Source of the DNA: an uncultured virus (IMG/VR IMGVR_UViG_3300020046_005824)
Taxonomy: Duplodnaviria > Heunggongvirae > Uroviricota > Caudoviricetes
Strand: one strand, 5' to 3'
DNA: 20,000 nt
Virus record (IMG/VR): IMGVR_UViG_3300020046_005824
Shown here: positions 17,454 through 20,000 of the stretch, in pieces
How the letters are laid out: each line of letters opens with the position of its first letter
Numbering within the stretch: position 1 is the first letter of the stretch
The notes under the pieces: model-generated
The model's database searches: none
Seen by the model: only the letters and a program-made list of their open reading frames with translations
What the model was told of the DNA's origin: nothing
Made by a program: the position numbers and the translations under genes

Positions 17454-17734
17454 TTCTTGCTCCCTTGCAGGACACTACAAACACCAAACACATCGCCCAT
17501 GGGAATGTCGTCTGCCCAATGCTTTTCCCGCTGTGGCACCAACTTATTTCCATCAGCTACGCTGCCTTCCACGCATCCACCATGCACGCGATGTTGAACA
17601 CCAGCGGCGTCGCGCACTAAATGGAAATAGAACAGACCAAGCCCTTTTCCGGGAGCGCGCTGCAACTGGCGATTGCAGTGCCAACAAAACGAGGGGGCGC
17701 CAGAACCTTGGCGGGTGAGTGGTGCCTTGCTCAT
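17450..17734 (-). CDS. Hypothetical CxxC..HxxC Zn-finger protein, 94 aa
   Basis: Start MSKAPL at 17734 (ATGA overlap, SD GGAG); CWHC..VHGGC. Confidence 0.6.
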   Translation of the reverse strand: MSKAPLTRQGSGAPSFCWHCNRQLQRAPGKGLGLFYFHLVRDAAGVQHRVHGGCVEGSVADGNKLVPQREKHWADDIPMGDVFGVCSVLQGSKK

Positions 17735-18114
17735 CCCTTTCTCCCGCCGGCGTCCTCGCGGCCGTCCTTGCATAGCCGCACGAGGTCCTGTACGTCGAAG
17801 TGCGGACCGAAGATGCGCGCGCCTTGGTACTTGAACGCCTCGCGCGTGCGGTGCTCCATGCTGGTCATGCACAGCTTGAACGCGGTCTGCACGATCTCGC
17901 TGTCCGTCATCTGCGGGGACAGCAGCCAGCGACGAGTGGTCTGTAGCTCCTCGCGCCCGGTGTAGATGTCGGCGTCAGGGTAATACCCCTGCAAGTAGAC
18001 CTCGCCGCGCGGGCTCGCGTTCACGCCGAACGTGTAGTTCATGAACGCCACAGGTTGCAGAACTTCCATGCAGCGCGCGACCAGAGCTTCGCTCGGATTC
18101 AAATTGTCGCTCAT
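17731..18114 (-). CDS. Conserved uncharacterised phage protein (WxLSxxMTxSEIVQTAFK..F.Y.G..IFGPH type), 127 aa
   Basis: ATG at 18114 with SD AGGAGATCGT; motif RRWLLSPQMTDSEIVQTAFK..EHRTREAFKYQGARIFGPH. Confidence 0.75.
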   Translation of the reverse strand: MSDNLNPSEALVARCMEVLQPVAFMNYTFGVNASPRGEVYLQGYYPDADIYTGREELQTTRRWLLSPQMTDSEIVQTAFKLCMTSMEHRTREAFKYQGARIFGPHFDVQDLVRLCKDGREDAGGRKG

Positions 18115-18678
18115 ACGATCTCCTAACAAGAACAAGAAAAATACTCGGGCTGGCCCTTACCCTCGATGCCGGTGACAACCTTCACATGGTTCCAGACTTC
18201 GTCCGAGATATTGCCGTGGGCGTCCATTCCTCGAATGGTCAGGTACTCTTCTCCATCCCAGTTTTCCGCCGCCTCAATCAGGCTGTCGTAGTCCGGCGCA
18301 TCGCCGCTGCCTGCGCAGAACTCGCGCAGCCACGACTCGGACAAGCGGCGAACTTCCGCCGGGTTCACAGACTCCACGGTCGGCGCGTCGGCGAACGCCG
18401 GGTGCGCCCAGTCGTGCCGTAACGACGTGATGGTGCCCGGGTACAGAAACAGGAAAAAGCGCTGGCCACGTTTGACCGCGGCGCGCAAGAATGGGTCCAC
18501 GATGCCAACTGTGTCGCCGCCAAGCGCTGCGGACCCATCACCCTTGACGCGCACATGATCTCCGGGGGACAGCTTCTCAGACGCAATGACAGGGGCTACA
18601 GCAACGTGCACAGCGTCGCGCTGTGCGTCAGCCGTAGCGAGCCTGCCCAACCCTATATCTCCGCTCATACGATCTCCT
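18108..18678. repeat. 17-bp perfect direct repeat CGCTCATACGATCTCCT at 18108-18124 and 18662-18678
   Basis: Read directly. On the - strand it is AGGAGATCGTATGAGCG, i.e. SD + ATG + first codons of two consecutive genes. Confidence 0.9.
18123..18668 (-). CDS. Conserved uncharacterised phage protein (RDAVHVAV..GIVDPFL..SLRHxWxHPAF..FSCSC), 181 aa
   Basis: SD AAGGAG; recognisable motif set ending in FSCSC. Confidence 0.8.
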   Translation of the reverse strand: MSGDIGLGRLATADAQRDAVHVAVAPVIASEKLSPGDHVRVKGDGSAALGGDTVGIVDPFLRAAVKRGQRFFLFLYPGTITSLRHDWAHPAFADAPTVESVNPAEVRRLSESWLREFCAGSGDAPDYDSLIEAAENWDGEEYLTIRGMDAHGNISDEVWNHVKVVTGIEGKGQPEYFSCSC

Positions 18679-18686
18679 TGAAAGGT

Positions 18687-18704
18687 GCCCCGCCGAAGCG
18701 GGGC
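18687..18704 (-). terminator. GC-rich stem-loop with C(UUCG)G loop; weak terminator or mRNA stabiliser
   Basis: On the - strand GCCCCGC-TTCG-GCGGGGC followed by ACCTTTC (poor U tract), 7 nt after the SPFH stop. Confidence 0.55.
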
Positions 18705-18711
18705 TGGGTGG

Positions 18712-19515
18712 TTACTTGACGTGGATGAACGGAGTCACACCGCCGGCCTGCGTGGTAGGCAGCTTACCGTCCCATTTCTCGATGGCTTGCAACTGGACAT
18801 ACTCTGCGCCGCCCTGCTTGGACACGGATTCGGCCTTGATGCGGATGGCATCGGCTTCCCCTTGCGCTTCGATGCGCTTGCGGTCAGCTTCGACCATGGC
18901 CGTCTTCTTCTTGCCTTCTTCCTCCTGCAGGCGGAATTGCTGTTGGGCCGCGGCTTTGATGTTGGCTTCCAGCGCAGGGTCGGTAATCATGTTCTTCACA
19001 TTGGCGCTGCGAATGGAGAACATACCCTTGCCAGCTTCTGCATCAAGGTTTGCTTGCAGCATCTTGACCGTTTCTGCGGCAATGCGAACACGCTCGGTGT
19101 GGATGGTGCCGCTGCCGATCTTGGACGATACGTCGTACACGACTTCGCGGGCTTGGCGTTGAACATAGTTCATGCCGAGGCGCAGGCAGCCTTCACCCTT
19201 CACTTCACTGATGTCTCCCGGCCACTTGGTGCGCATGGCGGAGGCACGGCTCGGGTCGATCTGCACGTAGATGTCGAGGTCGAGGTCGGCCAGCGTGATC
19301 TTGTCGCTGGTCTGCGGCTTCATGTTCTCCAGCGTGAGCGGGATTTCCTTGGCGCAGATTTCATCCACGTTCTTGAACAACGTGAAGTAGACGCCCGGCT
19401 GCAGCGTCTCGGTCTTGACCTGACCGAAGGTGGACTCGACGCCGACATTGCCGGTATCGATCTGTGTGCAGCCGCCGAGAGCGGCGAGCGCGAGTGCAAT
19501 CAGAATTGATTTCAT
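18712..19515 (-). CDS. SPFH/Band 7/prohibitin-family lipoprotein, 267 aa
   Basis: Start MKSILIALALAALGG-C (lipobox) at 19515, TAATG-coupled. TQIDTGNVGV, PGVYF, coiled coil with AQGEADAIRIKAE, and IEKWDGKLP. Confidence 0.88.
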   Translation of the reverse strand: MKSILIALALAALGGCTQIDTGNVGVESTFGQVKTETLQPGVYFTLFKNVDEICAKEIPLTLENMKPQTSDKITLADLDLDIYVQIDPSRASAMRTKWPGDISEVKGEGCLRLGMNYVQRQAREVVYDVSSKIGSGTIHTERVRIAAETVKMLQANLDAEAGKGMFSIRSANVKNMITDPALEANIKAAAQQQFRLQEEEGKKKTAMVEADRKRIEAQGEADAIRIKAESVSKQGGAEYVQLQAIEKWDGKLPTTQAGGVTPFIHVK

Positions 19516-19706
19516 TACCAGAATCTCCAAGAAGAAGTTGAAAGAACAATGAGCGCGCCGAACACGATCGTGCACGACACTATGAGAGCAGCTGCCACGC
19601 GGCGCCCCCATTTGCCGACTACACGCTTCTCCCCCCGGGAGAGCGTGTAGCGCCACACAAAGAACGCCCCTGCAAAGAGCAGGAGCAGTGCAGCGACCTG
19701 TCTCAC
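19515..19706 (-). CDS. Small membrane protein with two predicted TM helices, 63 aa
   Basis: Hydrophobic segments VAALLLLFAGAFFVW and VAAALIVSCTIVFGALIVL separated by a basic loop; coupled to both neighbours. Confidence 0.7.
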   Translation of the reverse strand: MRQVAALLLLFAGAFFVWRYTLSRGEKRVVGKWGRRVAAALIVSCTIVFGALIVLSTSSWRFW

Positions 19707-19972
19707 TTGACGCGCCAGATGCCCACAGAGCCGTCAGGGAGCGCACGGCGGGCGTACTTGCGGCCTTCGTCGCCGACGGACGCTGCGCTGATGCAGCTGG
19801 CGATCCGCTTGGCGCCGCCTTCCGCGCCGGCGTCCTCGGGGCTGACGATGATGGGGGAAGTCGGGTCGACTTTCATCACCCGCAGCGCGGTGGTCAGAGG
19901 GTTGGCCGGGCGCGCGGGGCCGGTGAAGACGCGATCGGGGATCGGGAAGTTGGTGGCAGGGGAAAAGTTCAT
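19703..19972 (-). CDS. Small phage protein ending GxxxWRVK, possibly DNA-binding, 89 aa
   Basis: N-terminal FPIP and C-terminal KYARRALPDGSVGIWRVK match a recurrent phage family; SD GGAG. Confidence 0.65.
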   Translation of the reverse strand: MNFSPATNFPIPDRVFTGPARPANPLTTALRVMKVDPTSPIIVSPEDAGAEGGAKRIASCISAASVGDEGRKYARRALPDGSVGIWRVK

Positions 19973-20000
19973 GGGGAAGACTCCAAGAAACGGGCAAGAT

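Larger units (their letters stand above)
1..20000. mobile_element. Tailed dsDNA phage (Caudoviricetes, probably podovirus-like) genome segment: end of virion module converging on replication and accessory modules
   Basis: Contains PolA, exonuclease, SNF2 helicase, primase-helicase, HNH and a PLxRFG virion protein. Genes are densely packed with ATGA/GTGA/TAATG overlaps and there are no cellular housekeeping genes. No integrase or att site is visible, so free phage versus prophage is undetermined. Confidence 0.93.

Noticed and set aside
12366..18135. Longer ORF-track starts at 12429, 13100, 15461, 16238, 16681, 17872 and 18135
   Set aside because: Each would overlap the upstream gene; internal starts with SD or stop/start coupling fit better.
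5644..19509. Many + strand ORFs of 200-335 aa (e.g. 10297-11286, 13184-14191, 14453-15352, 18685-19509)
   Set aside because: All lie antisense to well-supported - strand genes and show no recognisable motifs.
19515..19706. Holin or spanin interpretation of the two-TM gene plus lipoprotein
   Set aside because: No endolysin nearby, the lipoprotein is clearly SPFH, and the location is in the early/accessory region.
18712..19746. 344-aa extended version of the SPFH ORF
   Set aside because: The lipoprotein signal starts at the ATG at 19515; the extension overlaps the coupled two-TM gene.
1..20000. tRNA, structured ncRNA, intron/intein, reverse transcriptase/DGR, integrase, alternative genetic code
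   Set aside because: Intergenic gaps are under ~60 nt, core genes are uninterrupted and of normal length, no RT or recombinase motifs were seen, and all three stop codons terminate genes.

Overview
The whole window is a fragment of a GC-rich tailed dsDNA phage (or prophage) genome, most likely podovirus-like, and contains no host housekeeping genes. The + strand (<3-5093) carries the 3' part of a very large polyvalent virion/ejection-type protein with a HExxH zincin domain, an ART-PolyVal-like ADP-ribosyltransferase domain and a C-terminal PLxRFG domain. It collides tail-to-tail with a tightly packed - strand operon. In transcription order that operon has about 13 small accessory genes (19972-14968, including an SPFH lipoprotein), a family A DNA polymerase, a Cas4/AddB-like exonuclease, a small ORF, an HNH protein, a Zn-binding mini-protein, a SNF2 helicase, a Gam-like coiled-coil protein, a Cys4 SSB-like protein, an HTH protein, a primase-DUF927 helicase fusion, an orphan HicA-like protein and a small basic ORF. 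Most notable are the ART domain (AT-richer core, apparently no catalytic Glu), a PolA with a non-canonical motif B plus an insertion, a 17-bp direct repeat that exactly brackets one accessory gene, and the orphan HicA-like gene. All family calls come from recognising motifs by eye; no database searches were run.
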